From NCBI GenBank assembly GCA_019634955.1, contig JAHCAK010000007.1, forward strand, positions 24,734 to 88,733: a DNA stretch of 64,000 bases, read 5' to 3'. The notes below the pieces were generated by a model. It saw nothing but the letters and a program-made list of their open reading frames with translations. It had not been told where the DNA came from and ran no database searches. This stretch comes from Burkholderiales bacterium (GTDB taxonomy: Bacteria; Pseudomonadota; Gammaproteobacteria; Burkholderiales; Usitatibacteraceae). Of this stretch, positions 1-8,989 are shown one piece after another. Every line of letters begins with the position of its first letter. Position 1 is the stretch's first letter. The translations under genes were made by a program, and so were the position numbers.

Positions 1-515
1 AAGTACGGCCTGCGGTGGCCGAAGAGGATGTCGAGCGACTCGCGGAAACGCGCCCCCGGGCGGCCCTCCGCGAGGCCGGTGCCGGCAATCCGCTGGCGCA
101 CGCCTTCCTCGATCGCGCCGGCAAACCGCTCGCAGGCAGCCTGGGCCCGCGCGAGATCGGGGCGCAGGTCGGCCGCGACCTCGCCCGCGGCGCGCGCCTG
201 GTTCACCGCGGCCAGGTAGAACGATGATGCGGCCCGCCGGTCGCCGAGGAAATCGAGGACGTCCCCCTTGAAGACGAGCGCGCGCAGGTTCCGGGGCTCG
301 TGGCCCAGGGCGCGGTCCACCGCCGCGAGCGCCCCCTCCCCATCACCCAGCGCGCGGCAGGCGAGCGCGAGCCCGAGGCACGATGAGGCGTCGTCGGCGC
401 CCGCCGCCGCGAGGGCCTCGAAGGCCGCGCGCGCCGCCGCAGCGTTCCCGTCGCGCAGCGACTGCATCGCCTGCCGTGCCATCTCGCGCGCGTCCTGCCC
501 CCCCCTGCCACCCAT
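1..515 (-). CDS. TPR-like helical-repeat protein, partial (3' end runs off the window)
   Basis: My own reverse-strand translation from the ATG at 515..513 stays open to base 1 (MGGRGGQDAREMARQAMQSLRDGNAAAARAAFEALAAAG...ALGHEPRNLRALVFKGDVLDFLGDRRAASSFYLAAV...RFRESLDILFGHRRPY). The composition is Ala/Leu-rich and repeat-like. It is absent from the ORF track because there is no stop in the window. Confidence 0.5.
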   Translation of the reverse strand, partial: MGGRGGQDAREMARQAMQSLRDGNAAAARAAFEALAAAGADDASSCLGLALACRALGDGEGALAAVDRALGHEPRNLRALVFKGDVLDFLGDRRAASSFYLAAVNQARAAGEVAADLRPDLARAQAACERFAGAIEEGVRQRIAGTGLAEGRPGARFRESLDILFGHRRPY

Positions 516-726
516 CCGTTACCCCTTCATTTCAACCGCTGGAAATTGCCCGCATTGTCGACTAAAATGCCGGATTTCCGAAACCGTCTCTTCCCCGGCC
601 AGTGGGCGGGAAGGGGTGGATTCCCGTGTGTTGCGAAGTCGGCACGCGGCCTGCAAAACGGGCGGCCGCAGGGGCCGCCGCGACCGAGTGGCGCCTACGC
701 GCGCCGAAGGGGTGGAGGATGGTGGC

Positions 727-1377
727 ATGAAGAACTACAGGGAGACCCAGCGCAGCCCGGCCAAGCACCTGCCGAGCATCGTGATGGTCGGCCTCTTGCA
801 CGTGCTCGTGGGCTACGCCCTCGTGTCCGGTCTCGCGCGGAAGGTGGTCGAGGTGATCAAGGCCCCGATCGAGACCAAGATCATCGAGGAGATCAAGAAG
901 CCCATCGAGGACACGCCGCCGCCGCCGCCGCCCAAGCTCGCGGCGCCGCCCCCGCCCTTCATTCCCCCGCCCGAAGTGAACATCCAGGTGCCCGTGCAGG
1001 CGCAGCAGGCGCCCACGATCACCACCGTCACCACCCAGAAGCCGCCGCCGGGCCCGCCGCCCAAGGCCGCCCCCGCGCCGCAGGCCCCGCCGGCGCCCCC
1101 CGGCCCGGTGGTTCGCAAGAACGTGAAGCCGGTCGGCGAGATCGTCCGCCCGGTGTTCCCGCGCCAGGCGATCCGCGACGGCATCCAGCGCGGCAACGTC
1201 GTCGCGCACCTCGTGATCCGGCCCGATGGCACGGTGTCGGAGGTCCGCATCATCAAGGCCACGCCGCCCCGCATCTTCGATCGCGAGGTCGTGCGCGCGC
1301 TCTCGCAATGGCGCTTCGCCCCCGAGCCGGTCGGCTTCATCGGCGAGGTGGACATCGACTTCAAGCTCGAGGACTGA
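727..1377 (+). CDS. tonB: TonB family energy transducer
   Basis: Lies inside track ORF 268..1377. The ATG at 727 gives MKNYRETQRS. It has a single N-terminal TM helix (IVMVGLLHVLVGYALVSGL), a long Pro-rich spacer and a C-terminal TonB domain (VVAHLVIRPDGTVSEVRIIKATPPRIFDREVVRALSQWRF). It is followed by exbB-exbD. Confidence 0.85.
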   Translation: MKNYRETQRSPAKHLPSIVMVGLLHVLVGYALVSGLARKVVEVIKAPIETKIIEEIKKPIEDTPPPPPPKLAAPPPPFIPPPEVNIQVPVQAQQAPTITTVTTQKPPPGPPPKAAPAPQAPPAPPGPVVRKNVKPVGEIVRPVFPRQAIRDGIQRGNVVAHLVIRPDGTVSEVRIIKATPPRIFDREVVRALSQWRFAPEPVGFIGEVDIDFKLED

Positions 1378-1436
1378 CGCCCCGTCGGCTCCCCTTTCAC
1401 CGCACCACGACACCCGGAAATCTGGAGGAAACCCAC

Positions 1437-2309
1437 ATGCACCTGATCCGCCGACTGCCCGCGCTGCTCGCGGCCATCATCCTCGCCTGCGCGCCGGCAG
1501 CGCCGCTGGTGTTCTCCACGGCGGCCCACGCCCAGGCACCCGCCGCCGACGCCGCCAAGCCCGCCGAGGCGGCGCCTGCCCCGGCGCCGGCCGACGCGCC
1601 GAAGCCGCCGCCCGCCGCCGCTCCGGAAAAGGAGACGATCGAGAACCCCTACGGCCTCGAGGCCCTCTGGAAGCAAGGCGACTTCGTCTCCAAGGGCACG
1701 CTGATCATCCTCGTGATCATGTCGATGGGCTCCTGGTACATCATGTTCGTGAAGGTCTACGAGCAGTACAAGCTCTTCCGCGAGGCCGCCAAGGTGAAGG
1801 CCTCCTTCTGGTCGTCCGGTTCCGTCGCCGAGGGCGCGGCCGCGATGAAGGAAGGCAGCCCCTTCAAGTTCATCGCCGAATCGGCGCTCGAGGCCTCCAA
1901 GCACCACGAGGGCAAGCTCCTCGAGACGGTCGATTTCAACGAGTGGGTCACGATGGGCATCCAGCGTGCCGTCGAGAACGTCGGCAGCCGCCTGCAGGAC
2001 GGCCTCGCGTTCCTCGCGACGGTCGGCTCCACGGCCCCGTTCGTCGGCCTCTTCGGCACGGTGTGGGGCATCTACCACGCGCTCACCGCGATCGGCATCG
2101 CCGGCCAGGCCTCGATCGACAAGGTCGCCGGCCCCGTGGGCGAGGCGCTCATCATGACGGCCTTCGGCCTGGCGGTCGCGGTGCCGGCGGTGCTCGCCTA
2201 CAACTGGCTCGTGCGCCGCAACAAGGTGGCGATGGAGCACCTGCGCGGCTACGCGGCCGACCTCCACCTCGTCCTCGTGGCCGGCGCCGCGAAGAAGGCG
2301 AAGGCGTAA
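1437..2309 (+). CDS. exbB: MotA/TolQ/ExbB proton-channel protein
   Basis: Lies inside track ORF 546..2309. The ATG at 1437 follows GGAGGA. It has a signal-like N-terminus, an Ala/Pro linker and the conserved channel core TVGSTAPFVGLFGTVWGIYHAL...GPVGEALIMTAFGLAVAVPAVLAYN. Confidence 0.9.
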   Translation: MHLIRRLPALLAAIILACAPAAPLVFSTAAHAQAPAADAAKPAEAAPAPAPADAPKPPPAAAPEKETIENPYGLEALWKQGDFVSKGTLIILVIMSMGSWYIMFVKVYEQYKLFREAAKVKASFWSSGSVAEGAAAMKEGSPFKFIAESALEASKHHEGKLLETVDFNEWVTMGIQRAVENVGSRLQDGLAFLATVGSTAPFVGLFGTVWGIYHALTAIGIAGQASIDKVAGPVGEALIMTAFGLAVAVPAVLAYNWLVRRNKVAMEHLRGYAADLHLVLVAGAAKKAKA

Positions 2310-2313
2310 CGCC

Positions 2314-2745
2314 ATGGCGATGTCCGTCGGCCCCGCCGAGGAGGGCGACCAGGAGGTGATGGCCGCCATCAACACCACGCCGCTCGTCGACGTGATGCTG
2401 GTGCTGCTCATCATCTTCCTGATCACCATCCCGGTGGTCATCCAGCAGGTCCCGATGGAGCTGCCGAAGGAACGAAACGTCCCGACGCAGACCAAGCCCG
2501 AGAACATCACGATCTCCATCAACAAGGACGGCGACGTCTTCTGGGGGATGGAGTACGTGCCCAACTCGAAGGCGCTCTTCGAGAAGCTGAAGACGGTGGC
2601 GGTGATGAACCCGCAGCCCGAGGTGCACGTGCGCGCCGACGAGAACGCCCGCTACGAGTTCGTGGGCCGCGTCGTGGCGACCTGCCAGCGGGCCGCGATC
2701 CTCAAGATCGGCTTCATCACCGAGCCCCCCGCCCGCACCCTGTAG
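2314..2745 (+). CDS. exbD: ExbD/TolR biopolymer transport protein
   Basis: 143 aa with the INTTPLVDVMLVLLIIFLIT TM signature and an ExbD periplasmic domain. It starts 5 nt after the exbB stop. Confidence 0.9.
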   Translation: MAMSVGPAEEGDQEVMAAINTTPLVDVMLVLLIIFLITIPVVIQQVPMELPKERNVPTQTKPENITISINKDGDVFWGMEYVPNSKALFEKLKTVAVMNPQPEVHVRADENARYEFVGRVVATCQRAAILKIGFITEPPARTL

Positions 2746-2773
2746 GGCGGGAAAGCGAGAAAAGGAACGATCC

Positions 2774-3202
2774 ATGGGAATGCAAGTCGGCTCCGGCGGA
2801 AGCGGCGACCCCGACGTGATGGTCGACATCAACACCACGCCGCTCATCGACGTGATGCTGGTGCTGCTCATCATGCTGATCATCACGATCCCGATCCAGA
2901 CGCACGCCGTGAAGCTCAACATGCCGGTGGGCAACCCGCCGCCGCCGACCGTCCCGCCCGAGGTGATCCTCGTCGAGGTCGACTTCGACGGCACGGTCAT
3001 CTGGAACGGCGACACGGTGGCCGACCGGCCCACGCTCGACGCGAAGTTCGTCAACGCGGCGGCGCAGCCCGTGCAGCCGGAGTTCCACCTGCGGCCCAAC
3101 AAGATCGTGAGCTACAAGCACGTCGCGGCCGTGATGGCCTCGGCGCAGAGCCACGGCATCACGAAGATCGGCCTCGTCGGGGCCGAGCAGTTCGTCGACT
3201 GA
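2774..3202 (+). CDS. exbD: ExbD/TolR biopolymer transport protein (second copy)
   Basis: 142 aa with the INTTPLIDVMLVLLIMLIIT signature. It is a paralog of the preceding gene. Confidence 0.9.
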   Translation: MGMQVGSGGSGDPDVMVDINTTPLIDVMLVLLIMLIITIPIQTHAVKLNMPVGNPPPPTVPPEVILVEVDFDGTVIWNGDTVADRPTLDAKFVNAAAQPVQPEFHLRPNKIVSYKHVAAVMASAQSHGITKIGLVGAEQFVD

Positions 3203-3272
3203 CGAAACCGGCGCCGGGGCCGCGCGGTCCAACGCGCGGCCCCGGCCATTTCCGGAACCAGGAGAACCGCAG

Positions 3273-4478
3273 ATGATCGGCCTGAACACCCTTCGCACCG
3301 GCGCGCTCGCCGTCGCCCTCCTCCTCGTCCCCGCCGCCGCCGCGCTCGCGCAGAACACGGTCCGGCCCGAGGTCGGCAAGCCCCTGCAGGCAGCCGATTC
3401 CCTGTTCAAGGCGAAGAAGTACCGCGAGGCGCTGGCCAAGGTGGCCGAGGCGGACGCCGCCTCGGGGAAGACCCCCTACGAGACCTACGTGATCACGCGC
3501 ACCCGCGGCAGCATCGCGGCCGCGGCCGGCGACCACGCGGCCGCCGCGCGCGACTTCGAGGCGGTCATCGCCACGAACCGCAACACGGGCGCGGAGCAGT
3601 TGAAGCTGATCCAGGCGGTCGCGGGCCTGCACTACCACGCGAAGGACTACGCAAAGAGCGCGAGCTGGGCGGCGCGCTACCAGAAGGAAGGCGGCACGGA
3701 CCCGGCCATGCAGACGCTCGTCGTCCAGTCCCACTTCCTCATGAACGACTGCGGCGCGGTCGCGAAGGCCGTGGGCACCGGCAACGGGCGCCGGCCTTCG
3801 GAGCAGGAGCTTCAGATGCTCGCCAACTGCTACAACAAGCAGAAGGATTCGACGGGCTACGTCGCCGCGATCGAGCGGCTCGTGACCCTGTACCCGAAGA
3901 AGGAGTACTGGACGGATCTCCTCAACCGCGTGCAGAAGAAGGCCGGCTTCTCCGACCGCCTCTCGCTGGACGTCTTCCGCCTGAAGCTCGCCACCGGCAA
4001 CGTCACGACCGCGGGCGACTACCTCGAGATGGCGCAGCTCGCGATCCAGGCCGGCTTCCCGGCGGAGGCGAAGGCCGTCGTCGACAAGGGCTACGAGGCG
4101 AAAGTCCTCGGCAACGGCAAGGACGCGGAGCGCCACCAGCGCCTGCGCGACCTCGTCGCGAAGCGGCTGGCCGAGGCGGCCCAGGCGCGCGCGCAGGCCG
4201 AGAAGGACGCGATGGCCGACAAGGCGGGCGACGCGCTCGTGGCGATCGGCTACAGCTACGTGTCCGAGGGGGCGCCGCAGAAGGGCCTCGCGATCATGGA
4301 GCAGGGCATCAAGAAGGGCGGGCTCAAGCGCCCGGACGACGCGAAGCTCCTCCTGGGCATCGCGCAACTGCAGGGCGGCGCGAAGTCGCGCGGGCTGCAG
4401 ACGCTGCAGGGCGTGCACGGCAAGGACGGCACCGCGGACCTCGCGCGCCTGTGGATTCTCCTCGGGCAACGGGGCTAG
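3273..4478 (+). CDS. Secreted TPR-repeat protein associated with the TonB-ExbBD cluster
   Basis: 401 aa with a signal peptide (LAVALLLVPAAAALAQ) and repeated amphipathic helical pairs. It sits directly after exbD2. Confidence 0.7.
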   Translation: MIGLNTLRTGALAVALLLVPAAAALAQNTVRPEVGKPLQAADSLFKAKKYREALAKVAEADAASGKTPYETYVITRTRGSIAAAAGDHAAAARDFEAVIATNRNTGAEQLKLIQAVAGLHYHAKDYAKSASWAARYQKEGGTDPAMQTLVVQSHFLMNDCGAVAKAVGTGNGRRPSEQELQMLANCYNKQKDSTGYVAAIERLVTLYPKKEYWTDLLNRVQKKAGFSDRLSLDVFRLKLATGNVTTAGDYLEMAQLAIQAGFPAEAKAVVDKGYEAKVLGNGKDAERHQRLRDLVAKRLAEAAQARAQAEKDAMADKAGDALVAIGYSYVSEGAPQKGLAIMEQGIKKGGLKRPDDAKLLLGIAQLQGGAKSRGLQTLQGVHGKDGTADLARLWILLGQRG

Positions 4479-4978
4479 CCCCCGCCATCCGGCACGCGGC
4501 GCTGCCCGACCTGCCGGCCATCGTCGCGATCTACAACGACTCGATTCCGGGCCGGCTCGCGACGGCCGACACCGCGCCCGTGAGCGTCGACTCGCGGCGG
4601 GAGTGGTTCGCGGCCTTCGACCCGGCGTCCCGCCCGGTCTGGGTCGCCGAGCAGGACGGGGCGGTGTGCGCGTGGCTGGGCCTTCGCTCCTTCTACGGTC
4701 GCCCGGCCTACCACCGCACCGTCGAGGCCGCCGTCTACGTGGCGCCGGCGCACCAGCGCCGCGGCATCGCGCGCCGGCTCCTCGCCCACGCGCTCTCCGC
4801 CGCGCCGTCGCTCGGCATCGCCACCCTGCTCGCGTTCGTCTTCGGTCACAATGAGGCGAGCCTCGCCCTGTTCCGCGAGGCCGGCTTCGCCGACTGGGGG
4901 CGGCTTCCCCGCGTGGCGGAGCTCGACGGCGTCGAGCGCGACGTCGTGATCCTCGGCCGGAGAATCGCAGACCCGTGA
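4451..4978 (+). CDS. GNAT family N-acetyltransferase (phosphinothricin-acetyltransferase-like)
   Basis: 175 aa. It has the [20 protein letters not shown] motif, the acetyl-CoA motif [10 protein letters not shown] and the C-terminal [16 protein letters not shown] motif. The GTG start overlaps the previous gene by 28 nt, and no closer canonical start exists. Confidence 0.75.
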   Translation: MDSPRATGLAPAIRHAALPDLPAIVAIYNDSIPGRLATADTAPVSVDSRREWFAAFDPASRPVWVAEQDGAVCAWLGLRSFYGRPAYHRTVEAAVYVAPAHQRRGIARRLLAHALSAAPSLGIATLLAFVFGHNEASLALFREAGFADWGRLPRVAELDGVERDVVILGRRIADP

Positions 4979-5769
4979 AGGCCTACCTCGACCTGATGCG
5001 CCACGTGCTCGAGCACGGCGCGAAGAAGACGGACCGCACCGGCACCGGCACGCTCAGCGTGTTCGGCCACCAGATGCGATTCGACCTCGCGCGGGGCTTC
5101 CCGCTCGTGACGACCAAGAAGGTGCACGTGAAGAGCGTGATCCACGAGCTGCTGTGGTTCCTGCAGGGCTCGACGAACGTCGCCTACCTGCGCGAGAACG
5201 GGGTCACCATCTGGGACGAGTGGGCCGACGAGCGCGGCGAGCTCGGCCCCGTCTACGGGCACCAGTGGCGCTCGTGGCCCGCGCCCGGCGGCGGCGCCAT
5301 CGACCAGGTGGCCGAGGTCGTGGCGCAGATCCGCGCGAACCCGGATTCGCGCCGCCTCATCGTCTCGGCGTGGAATCCCGCCGACATCCCGCGCATGGCG
5401 CTCGCCCCGTGCCACGCGCTCTTCCAGTTCTACGTGTGCGACGGCCGCCTGTCCTGCCAGCTCTACCAGCGCAGCGCCGATATCTTCCTCGGCGTGCCGT
5501 TCAACATCGCCTCCTACGCGCTCCTGACGATGATGGTGGCGCAGGTCACGGACCTCGCGCCCGGCGAGTTCGTCCACACCTTCGGCGACGCGCACCTTTA
5601 CCTCAACCACCTCGACCAGGCCCGCGAGCAGCTTTCGCGCGACCCGCGCCCGCTTCCCCTGATGCGGCTCGACCCGTCCGTGAAGGACCTGTTCGCGTTC
5701 CGCTATGCGGACTTCACGCTCGAGGGCTACGACCCGCACCCGCTCATCCGGGCGCCCATCGCGGTGTGA
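4975..5769 (+). CDS. thyA: Thymidylate synthase
   Basis: 264 aa. [38 protein letters not shown], active-site [10 protein letters not shown] and the C-terminal PIAV are classic ThyA. It overlaps the upstream gene by GTGA. Confidence 0.97.
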   Translation: MKAYLDLMRHVLEHGAKKTDRTGTGTLSVFGHQMRFDLARGFPLVTTKKVHVKSVIHELLWFLQGSTNVAYLRENGVTIWDEWADERGELGPVYGHQWRSWPAPGGGAIDQVAEVVAQIRANPDSRRLIVSAWNPADIPRMALAPCHALFQFYVCDGRLSCQLYQRSADIFLGVPFNIASYALLTMMVAQVTDLAPGEFVHTFGDAHLYLNHLDQAREQLSRDPRPLPLMRLDPSVKDLFAFRYADFTLEGYDPHPLIRAPIAV

Positions 5770-5779
5770 GGGCGCGAGG

Positions 5780-6286
5780 GTGACGATCCGGTCGCTCATC
5801 GTCGCGCGCGCCCGGAACGGCGTCATCGGGCGCGACAACGAGATGCCGTGGCACCTGCCCGCGGACCTCGCGCACTTCAAGCGCACGACCCTCGGCCACC
5901 CCGTCATCATGGGCCGCCGCACGTGGGAATCCATCGGCCGCGCGCTCCCGGGACGGCGCAACCTCGTCGTCAGCCGCACGCCGGGCTTCGTGGCCGCGGG
6001 CGCCGAGGTCGTGGGCTCGCTGTCCGAGGCGTGGAAGGCGGTGGCAGGCGAGGCCGAGGCCTTCGTGATCGGCGGCGCGCAGCTCTACGCCGAGGCGCTC
6101 GCATCGGCCGACCGCATCTACCTGACCGAAGTGGAGGGCGAGCCGGCCGGCGACACCTTCTTCCCCGCCCTCGACGCCCGCGGCTGGCGCGAGACCCCGC
6201 TCGGGGAGCACCCCGCCGACGGGCGCAATCCCCACGCCGTCCGCTTCCTGCTCCTGGAGCGCGTCCGCGCGGCGGCGGGCGGTTGA
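5780..6286 (+). CDS. folA: Dihydrofolate reductase
   Basis: Lies inside track ORF 5705..6286. The GTG at 5780 gives VTIRSLIVARARNGVIGRDNEMPWHLPADLAHFKRTTLGHPVIMGRRTWESIGRALPGRRNLVVS, a canonical DHFR N-terminus. It is adjacent to thyA. Confidence 0.9.
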   Translation: MTIRSLIVARARNGVIGRDNEMPWHLPADLAHFKRTTLGHPVIMGRRTWESIGRALPGRRNLVVSRTPGFVAAGAEVVGSLSEAWKAVAGEAEAFVIGGAQLYAEALASADRIYLTEVEGEPAGDTFFPALDARGWRETPLGEHPADGRNPHAVRFLLLERVRAAAGG

Positions 6287-6329
6287 CCCGGCGCAACCGG
6301 GCCGTGCAGCCCTCGCCTAGACTGTCCCG

Positions 6330-8714
6330 GTGACCGACTTCCGCGCGAACACGGCCCCGCGTTGCGCCCATTGCGGCGCGCCCGCCCCGACCCCGGTCGA
6401 GCGGGTGGCGCCCGACGGCTCCCGCCTGGCGTTCTGCTGCGCCGGCTGCGCCGGGATGCGCGACCTGTCCGCCGCGAGCGCCGCCGTGGCCCCGCCGCGA
6501 CCCGCGGAGGGAAGCTCCGTCTCCGCGCCGGCCGAGACGATCTTCGACGTCGAGGGCGTGAGCTGCGCGGCTTGCGTCACGCGCGTGGAGTCCGCGCTCG
6601 CGCGCCTGCCCGGCGTGGCCGAGTCGAGCCTGAACCTCGCCTCGCGCCGCGTGCGCATCCGCCACGATCCGGCCGTTCCCCGCGAGACGCTCGCGGCGGT
6701 GATCGCGCGGGCCGGCTACCGCGCCCGCCTCCCGGGGCGCGACCCGAAGGCGCTTCGCCGCGCCGAGGAGCGCCGTGCGCTCTGGCGCCTGTCGGTCGCC
6801 GGGTTCGCGATGATGCAGATCATGATGCTCGCCTGGCCCTCGTACGTGGACCAGGACGGCTCGCTTCCCTGGGATCTCGAGCGCCTGCTCAACATCGCCA
6901 GCCTCGTGATCACGGTGCCGGTGCTGCTCTTCTCCTCGGGCCCCATCTTCCGCGCCGCCTGGCACGGGATCGCGGCTCGCGCGCCCGGCATGGACCTGCC
7001 GGTGGCCCTCGGCATCGCCGTGAGCTTCGTCGCGAGCCTGTGGGGCACCTGGGCCGGCGGCGAGGTCTACTACGACTCGATCACGATGTTCGTGTTCTTC
7101 ATCCTGACCGGCCGGTACTTCGAGGCGCGGGCGCTCTCGGGCACGGTCGACGCCGCCGATTCGCTGGCCCAGCTCCTGCCGCGGCGCGCCTGGAAGCTCG
7201 CGGGCGCCGAGCGCGTCGAGACGGATCCCGCGGCGCTCGCCCCGGGCGACGTGGTCGCGATCCCGGCGGGCGAGGCGGCGCCGGCGGACGCCGTGGTCGA
7301 GGAAGGCGCCACGGAATTCGACGAGTCGCTCCTCACCGGCGAGACCTATCCCGTCCAGAAGCGCCCGGGCGACCGCGTGCTGGCCGGCGCGATCAACCTC
7401 GCCTTGCCGGTGAGCGCGCGGGTCGAGCGCGCGCCGGGCGAGGCCCTGCTGGACGTGATCCGCCGCCAGATGGAGAGCGCCGCCTCCAGGAAGCCGCGCT
7501 GGGCGATCCTCGCCGACCGCATCGCCACGCAATTCGTCGTGGCGATCGTGGTGCTCGCGGCGGCGGGCGCCGTCGCGTGGTGGTTCATCGACCCCTCGAA
7601 GGCGCTGTGGGTGGCCGTGGCCACCCTCGTGGTGACCTGCCCCTGCGCCCTTTCGCTCGCCACGCCCGTGGCGCTCACGGCGTGCGTGAACGCCCTGTCG
7701 CGCCACGGCGTGCTGGTGACGAGCGGGCGGGCCATCGAGGCGCTCGCCTCCGCCACCCACCTCGCCTTCGACAAGACGGGCACGCTCACGACCGGCCGCA
7801 TGCACCTGCGGGCGGTCGAGCCGCTCGGCAGCCTCGACCGCGAGTCGTGCCTCGCGATGGCGGCCGCGCTGGAGTCCGCCCTCTCCCACCCCATCGCCCA
7901 CGCGCTGGTGAAGGCGCGCCCCTCGGGCCGCCCGGCCCCGGCGGCGAGCGACATCCGCGCCGTGGCCGGCGCCGGCGTGGAGGCCACGGTTGCCGGGCGG
8001 CGGGTGCGGGTGGGCTCGCCGGACTTCTGCGCCGGTATCGCGGGCACGCCCTTCGCGGGACCCGTGGACTCGAGCGAACCCCTCGCGGCGATGGCGGCCG
8101 ACGGGGAGTGGCTGGCCGCTTTCCGCTTCGAGGACGCGCTGAGGCCGGAGTCGCGCGAGCTGGTGTCCCGCGCGAGGGCCGCCGGCTGCGAGGTCGTGCT
8201 GCTTTCGGGCGATCGCGCCCCCGTCGTGGACCGGGTGGCGGCCGAACTGGGCATCGCCACCGCCATCGCGGGCGCAAGCCCGGAGGAAAAGGCGCGCCGC
8301 GTGGAGGCGATGGCCGCCGGAGGCGCCATCGTGGCCATGATCGGCGACGGCATCAACGACGCCCCGGTGCTCGCCCGCGCGCAGGTCTCGATCGCGCTCG
8401 CGAGCGGGGCGGCGCTCGCCCAGTCCCAGGCCGACCTCGTCGTGGCCAACCCGTCCCTGCTGGCGATCGGCGAGGCGATCGAGCTGGCCCGCCGCACGCG
8501 GCGCATCATCCGCCAGAACATCGGCTGGTCGATCGCCTACAACGCCTTCACGCTGCCGCTCGCCCTCGGGGGGTTCCTCACGCCTTGGCTCGCGAGCCTC
8601 GGGATGTCGCTCTCGTCGCTTCTCGTGGTGGCCAACGCCCTGCGCCTGCTGAGGCGCCGCCCCGACCCTGCCGCGGCGCCCGTCCGCGGCGAGACCGCCG
8701 CGGCCGCCGGCTGA
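6330..8714 (+). CDS. ccoI: Heavy-metal (Cu) translocating P1B-type ATPase, CcoI/FixI type
   Basis: 794 aa. It has an N-terminal Cys-rich segment (CAHCG...FCCAGCAG), an HMA domain (GVSCAACVTRVE), CPC in a TM helix, and the DKTGTLT and GDGINDAP motifs. ccoS lies immediately downstream and ccoNOQP follows. Confidence 0.9.
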   Translation: MTDFRANTAPRCAHCGAPAPTPVERVAPDGSRLAFCCAGCAGMRDLSAASAAVAPPRPAEGSSVSAPAETIFDVEGVSCAACVTRVESALARLPGVAESSLNLASRRVRIRHDPAVPRETLAAVIARAGYRARLPGRDPKALRRAEERRALWRLSVAGFAMMQIMMLAWPSYVDQDGSLPWDLERLLNIASLVITVPVLLFSSGPIFRAAWHGIAARAPGMDLPVALGIAVSFVASLWGTWAGGEVYYDSITMFVFFILTGRYFEARALSGTVDAADSLAQLLPRRAWKLAGAERVETDPAALAPGDVVAIPAGEAAPADAVVEEGATEFDESLLTGETYPVQKRPGDRVLAGAINLALPVSARVERAPGEALLDVIRRQMESAASRKPRWAILADRIATQFVVAIVVLAAAGAVAWWFIDPSKALWVAVATLVVTCPCALSLATPVALTACVNALSRHGVLVTSGRAIEALASATHLAFDKTGTLTTGRMHLRAVEPLGSLDRESCLAMAAALESALSHPIAHALVKARPSGRPAPAASDIRAVAGAGVEATVAGRRVRVGSPDFCAGIAGTPFAGPVDSSEPLAAMAADGEWLAAFRFEDALRPESRELVSRARAAGCEVVLLSGDRAPVVDRVAAELGIATAIAGASPEEKARRVEAMAAGGAIVAMIGDGINDAPVLARAQVSIALASGAALAQSQADLVVANPSLLAIGEAIELARRTRRIIRQNIGWSIAYNAFTLPLALGGFLTPWLASLGMSLSSLLVVANALRLLRRRPDPAAAPVRGETAAAAG

Positions 8715-8720
8715 TCCCCG

Positions 8721-8882
8721 ATGGACATCCTCTACCTCCTGATCCCCGTGAGCGTCGTCATCGTGTTCCTGGTCGGGCTGGTCTTCTTCTGGGCCATCGC
8801 CAGCGGCCAGTTCGACGAGCTGGACCGGGAGGGCGAGTCGGTTGTGGAAGACCGCGATTCGGAGTCACAATATAAGAAATGA
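8721..8882 (+). CDS. ccoS: cbb3 oxidase maturation protein CcoS/FixS
   Basis: My own translation gives 53 aa, below the track cutoff: MDILYLLIPVSVVIVFLVGLVFFWAIASGQFDELDREGESVVEDRDSESQYKK. It has one TM helix plus the SGQFDDL-type motif typical of CcoS and starts 7 nt after ccoI. Confidence 0.8.
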   Translation: MDILYLLIPVSVVIVFLVGLVFFWAIASGQFDELDREGESVVEDRDSESQYKK

Positions 8883-8886
8883 CTTA

Positions 8887-8900
8887 TTGACCAGGATCAA
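8887..8900. promoter_or_regulatory. FNR/Anr-type box TTGAC-CAGG-ATCAA upstream of ccoN
   Basis: There is one mismatch to TTGAT-N4-ATCAA. The box lies about 90 nt upstream of the ccoN ATG (8990), and an fnr gene is present in the window. Confidence 0.6.
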
Positions 8901-8989
8901 GCCCGCGGCGGCACCCCCGGCTATAGTCGCCCGGGGAGTCGCGAAAGCGAATCCGCGTGCCTGTTTACGCCAGTCCCAGGGGGGTATCG

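Noticed and set aside
655-690. GC hairpin GCGGCC-GCAGG-GGCCGC upstream of tonB as a terminator or attenuator.
   Set aside because: The 6-bp stem is short for this GC content, and there is no U-tract and no upstream gene on the plus strand to terminate. It is probably fortuitous.
900-1110. Proline-rich tract (PPPPPPKLAAPPPPFIPPPE...PPPGPPPKAAPAPQAPPAPPGP) as a tandem DNA repeat or contingency locus.
   Set aside because: It is the normal rigid Pro-rich spacer of TonB. The nucleotide sequence is not an exact tandem repeat.
813-2564. 583-aa ORF on the minus strand antisense to tonB/exbB/exbD. The same type recurs at 5970..7901, 8921..10819, 12101..14260, 14604..17489, 38205..40487, 40091..42472, 46711..48021 and 59186..61999.
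   Set aside because: - The composition is Arg/Gly/Ala/Pro-rich and low-complexity, typical of stop-poor shadow frames in very GC-rich DNA.
- Each overlaps a gene with strong family signatures on the other strand or frame.
- No recognisable motifs are present.
6283-6296. TTGAC-CCGG-CGCAA upstream of ccoI as a possible fourth FNR box.
   Set aside because: Only the first half-site matches, and the second half is 3/5. It overlaps the folA stop codon. This is too weak to call.
8957-8989. GTG at 8957 as the ccoN start ([11 protein letters not shown] extension).
   Set aside because: The ATG at 8990 yields the conserved [11 protein letters not shown]-type CcoN N-terminus. The extension is not family-like.
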